Assembly: GCA_050506795.1 (NCBI GenBank)
Contig: JBJHCF010000004.1
Span: 32,001 to 96,000 of the forward strand
From: Opitutia bacterium
GTDB lineage: Bacteria; Verrucomicrobiota; Verrucomicrobiia; Opitutales; T3Sed10-336
Reading direction: 5' to 3'
DNA: 64,000 nt
Below, piece after piece: positions 56,086 through 64,000 of this stretch (positions are counted from its first letter, which is position 1; each line of letters opens with the position of its first letter). The notes under the pieces were generated by a model that saw nothing but the letters and a program-made list of their open reading frames with translations, was not told the origin of the DNA and searched no databases. The position numbers were made by a program, and so were the translations under genes.

Positions 56086-57240
56086 ATGGGCCACAGCACG
56101 TACGTAAGGGAGGGCGAGTATGAGGGGCGCGAACGCCGTCCGTCCGGATTCCGCGCGGGCCCGGCGGCGCGCTTGTTGCGGGTCAAGGGAGTTTTTCCCA
56201 TGCTAAAGGGTGAACTCCACAATCCGGTCATCGCCTACGAAACCTGGGGCGAGTTGAATGCGGCCCGGGACAATGGTGTTTTGCTGTTCACCGGTCTGTC
56301 TCCTTCGGCGCACGCCGCGTCCTCGGTGGACGATCCTCGTCCCGGCTGGTGGGAGGACATGATCGGCCCGGACAAGCCGATCGACACGCGGCGGTACTTT
56401 GTGATCTGCGTAAACTCTCTCGGGAGTTGTTTCGGTTCGACCGGTCCCGCCTCCGTCAATCCCAACACCGGGAACCCCTATCGTCTGTCGTTTCCGCGGT
56501 TGACCCTTGAGGACGTGGCCAACGCGGGTCTGGAGGTGGTCCGTTTCCTGCGGATCGAGAGGCTGTTCGCCACTGTCGGGGCTTCCATGGGAGGCATGAC
56601 GGCACTGGCCTTTTGCCTCCTGCACCCGGGGCTCTCCCGCGGTCTGGTGTGCATCTCTTCGGCCACCCACAGCCTCCCTTTCGCCATTGCCCTCCGTTCG
56701 TTGCAGCGCGAAGCGATTTGCTCCGATCCCGCCTGGCAGGGAGGCGCTTATCCTCTTGGGCGGGAGCCGGTCACCGGGATGCGCCTGGCGCGCAAGCTCG
56801 GCATGATCACCTACCGGTCGGCCGGCGAATGGGACGTGCGTTTCGGGCGCGAGCGTTCGCCCGAGTCGCGAGGCGGAGGAAGTCTCTTTCAGGGCGGATT
56901 CGAGGTTGAATCGTACCTGGAGGCGCACGCGGAGAGATTTATCGGTTCGTTCGATGCCAACTGCTACCTCTACCTGTCCCGGGCGGTGGACCTTTTCGAT
57001 GTGGCCGACCACGGGGGCACCGTGGAAAAAGGGTTGCGGAGAATCGTGCTGGAGCGGGCCCTGGTGGTGGGGGTGGAGAGTGATGTCTTGTTTCCCTTGC
57101 GACAGCAGGAAGCGTTGGCCGAAGGTCTGCGGACGGTGGGTTCTGACGTTCGATTAACGTGTTTGCCCTCGATTCAGGGCCACGACTCGTTTCTAATCGA
57201 CATGGAACGGTTTCGTCCGGTGGTGGGAGAGTTCTTCTGA
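56086..57240 (+). CDS. MetX-family O-acyltransferase (probably serine-acylating subgroup)
   Basis: YETWG, TGLSPSAH, GASMGG, FDANCY, GHDSFL. Confidence 0.88.
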   Translation: MGHSTYVREGEYEGRERRPSGFRAGPAARLLRVKGVFPMLKGELHNPVIAYETWGELNAARDNGVLLFTGLSPSAHAASSVDDPRPGWWEDMIGPDKPIDTRRYFVICVNSLGSCFGSTGPASVNPNTGNPYRLSFPRLTLEDVANAGLEVVRFLRIERLFATVGASMGGMTALAFCLLHPGLSRGLVCISSATHSLPFAIALRSLQREAICSDPAWQGGAYPLGREPVTGMRLARKLGMITYRSAGEWDVRFGRERSPESRGGGSLFQGGFEVESYLEAHAERFIGSFDANCYLYLSRAVDLFDVADHGGTVEKGLRRIVLERALVVGVESDVLFPLRQQEALAEGLRTVGSDVRLTCLPSIQGHDSFLIDMERFRPVVGEFF

Positions 57241-57308
57241 ATTCGCGCAGTATTTACCAACGGATGCGGAGTCCGTTCTGACGGACCTCGATATTTTTAC
57301 GTTAATAT

Positions 57309-58880
57309 ATGGAAAACAAGGACTGGACTCGTTGGCGGGTGGTGATCGGAGCGGTGCTCGTCATGTTAATTCTGGGAACGGTTTACGGATACAGCATATT
57401 CTGGCAGCCGTTGTCATCCGAGGTCTTCCCGGAGGTCATCACGGAGGCGGAATACGCGGCTTTGTCCGACGCGGAAGAGTCACGCCGCGGTTACCGGGTG
57501 GTGGCCGATGCGGCGGCCGCCGAGCGCGAGCGCGACCGTCAGCAAGCGTATCTGAAATACGCGTTTTCCATCTGTATTCTGTCCTTTGCCCTGGTTATGG
57601 TCTTCGCGGGTAGGCTCCAGGATTTAAAAGGGCCCCGCGTGCCGGCATTGATCGGGGCCTGTTTAATGGGTGGCGGGTTTATCCTGGCCGGATTTCTCGA
57701 TGCGCCGATCGTCTTCTACCTGGCCCATTCGGCGTTTGCTGGGGGGGTGGTGGTGGTATTGCTCATGGTGACGCATGCCTTTTCGCGCTCCAGTGGGGGG
57801 AGCGAGAGTCCGTTTGTGAAATACCTGCCCTTCGGCATTGTCACCGGAGTTGCGGTGGCGGCGGTGGTGCTCGCCGACGAATATGTGGGCGCCCTTGGAG
57901 AATGGGATCGGGTCTTTCTACTGTGGGGGACGGTAGGATTCCTTGCCGGCGCGGGAATCGGCTTCGCCTACGTTTGTCCGATCGCGGCCCTGGTGAAATG
58001 GTTTCCGAATCAAAAAGGTCTGATGAGCGGTATTGCCGTCGCCGGATTCGGAATGGGGGCGTTTCTTTTCAAGGGGGATCCGTACATTGTGAATACTGAA
58101 TGGTTTAGGATTCCCATCCCCGGAGCGCAGGGGTTCATGGAAATGTACGGAATCCGCAGCCTTTTTGTGGCGCATGGCCTCGTCTGTATGGCGGGAATCG
58201 GCATCGGCGCCATGTTGTTGAAAAATCCGCCGGGCGTCGCGCCGGCGCCGGGGGTGTCGGCCGAATCCTCCTGGCAGGAAACGCTGAAGCACCCGGCTTT
58301 CTATATTATGTGGCTGATGTTCTTCAGCGGCGCCCTGGCCGGATTGATGGTGATCGGAATCGTGCAACCGTTCGTGAGTGAGCGCATCGCCGCAGGCGGG
58401 ATTGAAGCCGCGGAGGCGGCGGCGATCGGCACGGCCGCCGTGGGATACCTGGCGATCTTTAACGCTTTGGGCCGTATTATCTGGGGACTGATTTCCGACC
58501 GGATCGGACGCACAACAACGTTTGTCGTGCTGTTCCTCGTGCAGGCGGGGGTCATGTTCCTGCTCGGGCATGTGAGCGGCGCTTTCGCGTTGTGTGCCGG
58601 CGCGGCGCTCGTGGGCTTCAATTTCGGCGGGTGCCTCGCTCTGTTTCCTCCGGCGACCTCCGATATTTTCGGCGCCAGGAATCTCGGGGCCAATTATGGC
58701 TGGCTGTTCACGTCCTACGGCTTTGCAGGGGTGTTCGGGATCGTGGCCGGCAACGCTGCGCGGTTGGCCACGGGGAGTTACACCGCGGCCTTTATGCTTG
58801 CTGGCGTGCTCTGCCTGATCTCCGCAGGCCTGACGTTGGTCCTGCGGGCCGTTACCAAACCGAAAAGTGGGGCCGGGTGA
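57309..58880 (+). CDS. MFS transporter, OFA family
   Basis: VKWFPNQKGL, GRIIWGLISDRIGR, FGARNLGANYG. Confidence 0.88.
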   Translation: MENKDWTRWRVVIGAVLVMLILGTVYGYSIFWQPLSSEVFPEVITEAEYAALSDAEESRRGYRVVADAAAAERERDRQQAYLKYAFSICILSFALVMVFAGRLQDLKGPRVPALIGACLMGGGFILAGFLDAPIVFYLAHSAFAGGVVVVLLMVTHAFSRSSGGSESPFVKYLPFGIVTGVAVAAVVLADEYVGALGEWDRVFLLWGTVGFLAGAGIGFAYVCPIAALVKWFPNQKGLMSGIAVAGFGMGAFLFKGDPYIVNTEWFRIPIPGAQGFMEMYGIRSLFVAHGLVCMAGIGIGAMLLKNPPGVAPAPGVSAESSWQETLKHPAFYIMWLMFFSGALAGLMVIGIVQPFVSERIAAGGIEAAEAAAIGTAAVGYLAIFNALGRIIWGLISDRIGRTTTFVVLFLVQAGVMFLLGHVSGAFALCAGAALVGFNFGGCLALFPPATSDIFGARNLGANYGWLFTSYGFAGVFGIVAGNAARLATGSYTAAFMLAGVLCLISAGLTLVLRAVTKPKSGAG

Positions 58881-58884
58881 CGGA

Positions 58885-59001
58885 TTACTTTTTCTTTTTC
58901 CTGGAGGACGACGCAGCCAGGGCTTTTGCCGCGTCCTTGCGGCGTTCCTGGTAGGCCTTGCGGCGGCGACGTTTGATCTCCTTGTTGTACTGTTTTCCCA
59001 T
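58885..59001 (-). CDS. 38-aa highly basic small protein
   Basis: MGKQYNKEIKRRRRKAYQERRKDAAKALAASSSRKKKK*; fills the intergenic gap; below the ORF-track cutoff. Confidence 0.65.
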   Translation of the reverse strand: MGKQYNKEIKRRRRKAYQERRKDAAKALAASSSRKKKK

Positions 59002-59120
59002 AAGCGGGTCACTATCGGGAAGCATTTCGGCGATTGCAAGCCATGATTGGCGAAAGCCGCGGCCGGAATTTGAAAGTTGCCGTCGGAACTTCCTGTCTCC
59101 AGCATCGGCTCCAGAGACTT

Positions 59121-60275
59121 ATGGGAAGCAAATCCAAGACGAAATGTATCGGCATTCTCACCTCCGGCGGTGACTGTCCCGGCCTCAACGCGGCAATTCG
59201 GGCGGTGGCCAAATCGGCCATGCACTATGGGATCCGGGTGCTGGGCATTCCCGACGGCTTCCGCGGTCTGGTGGAAAATCGTTTTCATCCCCTGGAGGAT
59301 TCGGATGTTTCGGGCATTCTGAACCGGGGAGGGACCATTCTCGGCACCAGCCGGGACAAACCCCATAAGATGCCCATGGGTGACAGAATCATGGATATGA
59401 CCAGCGTGGCAGTGGCGAATGCCCGCGGGAAGCAGATTGACTGTCTGGTCTGTCTGGGCGGCAACGGCACCCAAAAGAACGCCCGTCGCATTCGGGACGC
59501 CGGACTGAATGTCATTACCCTGCCCAAGACGATCGACAACGACGTGATTGGGACCGATGTGAGTTTTGGGTTCGATACCGCGATGAATACCGCGGCGGAA
59601 GCTATCGACCGACTGCACACCACGGCGACGAGTCATCACCGGGTGATTATATGCGAAATCATGGGGCACAAGGCGGGATGGCTCGCCCTGGGCGCCGGCA
59701 TTGCCGGTGGCGCTGATGTGATCCTTATCCCGGAGATACCCTACGATCGCGAGGTCGTGGCGGAACATCTGATGGAGCGGCGCAAGCACAGCAAGCGTTT
59801 CTCCATCATTGCGGTGGCGGAAGGCGCCCGTTCGATTAAAGAAGCCAGGGAAGGCAAGAAGGCCGAGCCGCCGGAACCGGAGGCGAGTAAAAACCCGAAA
59901 AAATCCTCGAAAAAGGCCGATTTGCTGCATGACGGCCCGCATTTGGTCCAGGAATCACTCGACAGCCGGATCGCACGTCAGTTGCAGCAACTCACGGGAC
60001 TGGAGGCGCGCACGACTTCGCTGGGCCACGTGCAGCGCGGCGGTTCGCCCTCCGCCTTCGACCGGCACCTGTGCACCTTGTTGGGCACGCGGGCCGGTGA
60101 GTTGCTGGCGGCGGGTCAATATAACGTGATGGTGGCCTTGCGCGGATCGGAAACCGTTCCAGTGCCGTTGGACGAGGTTTCCAGCGGTTGCCGAACCGTG
60201 CCGAACGATCATCCCTGGATCCACGCCGCGGAACTGGTGGAGACCTGTATGGGAAATCGTATCCGGCGCGACTGA
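59121..60275 (+). CDS. pfkA: 6-phosphofructokinase
   Basis: TSGGDCPGLN, GGTILGTSR, GGNG, PKTIDND, EIMG, LGHVQRGG. Confidence 0.93.
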   Translation: MGSKSKTKCIGILTSGGDCPGLNAAIRAVAKSAMHYGIRVLGIPDGFRGLVENRFHPLEDSDVSGILNRGGTILGTSRDKPHKMPMGDRIMDMTSVAVANARGKQIDCLVCLGGNGTQKNARRIRDAGLNVITLPKTIDNDVIGTDVSFGFDTAMNTAAEAIDRLHTTATSHHRVIICEIMGHKAGWLALGAGIAGGADVILIPEIPYDREVVAEHLMERRKHSKRFSIIAVAEGARSIKEAREGKKAEPPEPEASKNPKKSSKKADLLHDGPHLVQESLDSRIARQLQQLTGLEARTTSLGHVQRGGSPSAFDRHLCTLLGTRAGELLAAGQYNVMVALRGSETVPVPLDEVSSGCRTVPNDHPWIHAAELVETCMGNRIRRD

Positions 60276-60289
60276 GATTCGCCCCGGCG

Positions 60290-62917
60290 TTATTCCAGCA
60301 GGTTTTTCAGGTCTTCGATACTCAGTTTCGCGTTGGCGCTCTCGCTGGCGGCAAACAGATTGCGCAGCAGGTGCGACTTGGATCGTTGGAGTTCGAGAAC
60401 CTTTTCTTCGATCGTATCTGCGGCGATCAGTTTGATGCTGGTAACCACCCTGCTTTGGCCGATGCGGTGCGCCCGGTCCGTGGCCTGAGCCTCGACCGCG
60501 GGGTTCCACCAGGGATCGTAATGGATCACGGTGTCCGCGCCGGTGAGGTTGAGTCCGGTTCCGCCCGCTTTGAGCGAAATGAGGAAGACCGGAATGTCAG
60601 GACTGTTGTTGAAACGGTCGCATTCCTTGAGGCGGTCTTTGGTGGATCCGTCAAGATAGCAATAACTCAAACCCGCCTGGTCCAGTTCGGCGCGCAGCAG
60701 TTGAAGCAGCGATACGAATTGCGAGAAGACCAGCATGCGGTGGTCGCCGTCGATGGATTCCTGAACCAGTTCGAGGAAAGAATCCTTCTTTGCCGAATCG
60801 AGAGCCTGTTCGGGCGCCGGCTCCTTCCCCTTGTACAGCAGTCTCGGGTCGCAGCAGAACTGGCGCAGGCGCAGCAACTGGGTGAAAGCCGCCATACGCA
60901 GTTTCCCCTCGGAGGCTCCGGCCATTTCCAGCTCGAAGATCGCCTTCTGGGTATTCTCCTTCAGTTCCTGGTACTGTTGCCGCTGGATCGGGCCCATTTC
61001 GCAGTAGATGACCTGCTCGATCTTTTCGGGCAGTTCCGGAGCGACGATCTGTTTGGTTCGGCGCAGGATATAGGGCGCCGCCTTTTGCTGGATACGGGTA
61101 TCGTACCACTCGCGCTCCTCCGCCTTGGCATTGGCGGGCGGTTTGTGCAGGTAACCGGGAAGGATGAAATCAAAGAGAGCCACCAGGTCGTCCAGACTGT
61201 TCTCCAGCGGCGTACCGGTGAGCAGGAAATGTCCCCGGCTGTAAAGTGAACAAATCGATCGGAAATTTCGCGTTTGCGGATTTTTGATGTGCTGCGCCTC
61301 GTCCGCGACGATACAGTCGAACACCAGACTTTGAAACAGGTCCGCGTCGCGAATAAGCGTGGTGTAAGAGGTGATCACCAGGTCGTATTGCTCGAATTCC
61401 TCCACCGAAGTCAGCCGGTCGTTCCCGTGGTGCAGGAAGAACTTGAACATCGGCACGAACCTTTGGGTTTCCCGTTTCCAGTTGGTCAACAGACCCGCGG
61501 GGCAGACAACCAGGAAGGGAGAGGAGATGATGCGTTGGTGGCGTCCACGCGAATTCTTCTTGCGGCTCTTCTGCTTGAATTTACGTCGCCGGATCTGCCA
61601 TTTGCGAATCGCCGCCAGGAGGGCCAGGGCCTGTATGGTTTTCCCGAGACCCATCTCGTCGGCCAGGATTCCGCCGATCTTGTTGCGATAGAGGTGATAC
61701 ATCCATCCCACGCCCAATCGCTGGTACGCGCGCAGCGCTTCATCCAGATCGCGGGGAATGGGTGGGCGTTCCAGCCGGGAGAGGTCGCGAATCGCCACGC
61801 TGCGCTTCTTCCAGCTTCCGGGGGTCTGATGGTGGTCGGCGATGGTTTCCATCAGGTACTCGGTGTCGGGCATATCCCGAATCTCGATACGGTGCTGGGT
61901 GCGCGGCACCAGAGCCTGATTGTGATTGCCGGCGAGAGAGCGCTGAAGGTGCTCCAGACCCTGGAGCTTGCGGTCCGAAATGAGGAATACCCGCGTGGGT
62001 GTTTCCACGTAGTTTTTGCCGGAATTGATATTGTTTTGGATCTCGCGAAACTTGAATTTGCCGGCCTTGAGGGAGGTTTGAACCACGAAATGCCCGTCCT
62101 CCTCGCGGGCGATGCAGGTGATTTTCGCGTCTGTGATCCTCTCGGTGTTTTTCTTGAAGTTTTCGGTGAAGTTGGCCTGGAACTTATTCTCCAACGCGCT
62201 CCAATGCTCCGCGAGGAAGTTCAGCACCTTGTGCCGGTCGCGCATCCACCACTTGCGGGAGGAGGGATCAAGCAGAAACTCGTTGCTGCGCAGCAGGGCC
62301 AGCGCGTCAGCGTACAGCGGGTGGTCGCGTGAAGGCAGGCTAATGGCCAGGAAATTGCCGGAGCCGTCCACTTCCATGGGAGTGAAACCGGCATTGATGT
62401 CCGGCACCGGCTCCACCGGGGCCGAGGGTTGGTCCCCGGCTGCGGGAGGATCTTCCGCCTCCCAAATGTCCTCTTCGTCCTCGTCCTCTTCGTCCTCGTC
62501 GGATTCCAGATATTCGCTGATGCCGTCGAGCCGGGATCCGTCCCAGTCGAGCGGCGTATCCCGGCTGAGACCCAGGAAAAACACCGGTTCGTCCCTCAGT
62601 ACGTCGATCAACTTCTTGAGCTGGCTTCGCCGAAGTTTGGATTTTTCCGGCAACTGGTTTTCATTCCAGGTCTCCAGGAGGCGCCCGGCGATGGCGTGCG
62701 GCGGCGCCAGGTTATACGGACGACTCCGGTCGAGTTCTTCCGGACTGCAGATGGAACCGTCGGCGAATTCGACCTCCAACTTTAGCGGAATCGCATTGCG
62801 CCTGGCTGCCGAGGCGGGCTTGGCGGGGAGGTGAATCAGGAATCTGATCGGCACCCCTTGCGTTTCCGAAAGGGAAAGAGAGTTCAGTGTAGGAGTTAGC
62901 TCGGTGGCTTGCGGCAT
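60290..62917 (-). CDS. SNF2-family helicase/ATPase
   Basis: LADEMGLGKT, DEAQ, LTGTP, SLKAGGTGLNL, DPWWNP, DRAHRIGQ. Confidence 0.94.
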   Translation of the reverse strand: MPQATELTPTLNSLSLSETQGVPIRFLIHLPAKPASAARRNAIPLKLEVEFADGSICSPEELDRSRPYNLAPPHAIAGRLLETWNENQLPEKSKLRRSQLKKLIDVLRDEPVFFLGLSRDTPLDWDGSRLDGISEYLESDEDEEDEDEEDIWEAEDPPAAGDQPSAPVEPVPDINAGFTPMEVDGSGNFLAISLPSRDHPLYADALALLRSNEFLLDPSSRKWWMRDRHKVLNFLAEHWSALENKFQANFTENFKKNTERITDAKITCIAREEDGHFVVQTSLKAGKFKFREIQNNINSGKNYVETPTRVFLISDRKLQGLEHLQRSLAGNHNQALVPRTQHRIEIRDMPDTEYLMETIADHHQTPGSWKKRSVAIRDLSRLERPPIPRDLDEALRAYQRLGVGWMYHLYRNKIGGILADEMGLGKTIQALALLAAIRKWQIRRRKFKQKSRKKNSRGRHQRIISSPFLVVCPAGLLTNWKRETQRFVPMFKFFLHHGNDRLTSVEEFEQYDLVITSYTTLIRDADLFQSLVFDCIVADEAQHIKNPQTRNFRSICSLYSRGHFLLTGTPLENSLDDLVALFDFILPGYLHKPPANAKAEEREWYDTRIQQKAAPYILRRTKQIVAPELPEKIEQVIYCEMGPIQRQQYQELKENTQKAIFELEMAGASEGKLRMAAFTQLLRLRQFCCDPRLLYKGKEPAPEQALDSAKKDSFLELVQESIDGDHRMLVFSQFVSLLQLLRAELDQAGLSYCYLDGSTKDRLKECDRFNNSPDIPVFLISLKAGGTGLNLTGADTVIHYDPWWNPAVEAQATDRAHRIGQSRVVTSIKLIAADTIEEKVLELQRSKSHLLRNLFAASESANAKLSIEDLKNLLE

Positions 62918-63306
62918 TTGTTTTGAATTTCCCCATGGGAAAGGATGGGAATTAATGTCCCGATCCTATAATGGGCGAATCATTTACACGGAAAAACCGT
63001 CTTCCGAATAGGAGCTTCATTGGTTCGAAGCGCTGTTCGGATATGTTTGCGATCTCATGAAATAGCAGAAATTAATGTGTTGAAAAGAAGAAAATCAAAT
63101 GACTTCGCAACGATGCGCCTATATGGTTTGAGCGTTTCACTGGCAACAGGTTGAATGCATCATCAAGCAGCATCGGCCTTCGTGTTGCGCGGGAAGCAAA
63201 GGGAAATGTGAGCTGTGAGCAGTCACAAAACCGGGAACGGGTCGTTTTGTGCCGGGAATTGATTTGAGATTTGTCCCCGAGACACGTTTGTCTAGATGTT
63301 GAGGTA

Positions 63307-64000
63307 TGACAGAATATCCGTTTTTGCAAGAGACTTTCTTAATTTCCTGGTCGAGCCTAACTCCGGATCGGGTGAAGCCGGACATCGAAAAGGCGCTGCG
63401 GGAAGCGCGCGCGCAGCTGGATGAAGTCGCCGGGCAATCCGGCGATGAATTGACTTTCGAGAGCACCTTGCTGGCGTTGGACAAGGCCACGGAGCGCCTG
63501 AGCGAGGCATGGGGAAGAGTGTCGCATCTCAATTCCGTCTGCGACAGCCCTCCACTGCGTCAGGCCTATAATGAAATGTTGCCGCGGGTTTCGGAGTTTT
63601 TTGCCGGGATTCCGTTGGATGAAAAGTTGTGGAGGGTGATCCGGCAATTCGCGGAAACCGCGGCGGCCGATTCCCTGACCGGGGTCCGGAGACGTTTTCT
63701 GGACGAGACTCTTGCCGACTTTCGCCAGGCAGGCGCCGACCTGTCCCATGAGGGGAAAAAACGCATGGAAGCGATCGAGAGCGAGCTCTCCGCGCTGACA
63801 CAAAAATACTCAGAGAATGTGCTCGACGCCACCAATGCCTGGGAACTGGTGATCGACGACGAGGCGCGCCTGGCCGGCTTGCCCGCCAACGCAAAAGAAG
63901 CCGCCCGGCATAACGCCCTGACCAAGGGATACGGAAGCGAGGACGAGCCTCGTTGGCGGTTTACCCTGCACATGCCTTCCTACGAACCGTTCATGACCTA
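63307..64000 (+). CDS. prlC: M3-family oligopeptidase A, N-terminal part (runs off window)
   Basis: MTEYPFL..., AWGRVSHLNSV, FRQAGADL, YSENVLDAT, WRFTLHMPSY. Confidence 0.82.

Overview
64 kb of a GC-rich bacterial chromosome, probably Verrucomicrobiota/Opitutia-like (inferred from gene repertoire only). The flanks (1-16.8 kb, 48.9-64 kb) carry housekeeping genes: katG end, folD, ybaB-recR, a mannosylfructose/sucrose-phosphate compatible-solute cluster, sufU-sufS, two-component kinases, pfkA, a SNF2 helicase and the prlC start. The centre is a 32,028-bp element integrated in the 3' end of tRNA-Ser(GCT) and bounded by an exact 28-bp att duplication (16857-16884, 48885-48912). It encodes a tyrosine integrase, an apparently intact Mu-like head module (TerS, TerL, DUF935 portal, mini-gpF, I/Z protease-scaffold, decoration, major capsid), a replication module (family A DNA polymerase, primase, AAA helicase, nucleases, SSB-like protein, iteron-like origin) and heavy-metal cargo (CxxC/RAPP leader, czcCBA-like efflux, P1B ATPase, Cys-rich metallochaperone). 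I cannot recognise any tail, neck or endolysin gene. Between the packaging and replication modules lies a ~2-kb tract with no credible ORF whose + strand can fold extensively. It uses DNA-type c(GNA)g/c(GNNA)g loops and GNA:GNA internal loops, and includes three repeated modules with compensatory changes. The best candidate for a new system is this tail-less, capsid-encoding, self-replicating metal-resistance island with its large structured single-strand element. All family calls come from motif recognition by eye; no searches were run.
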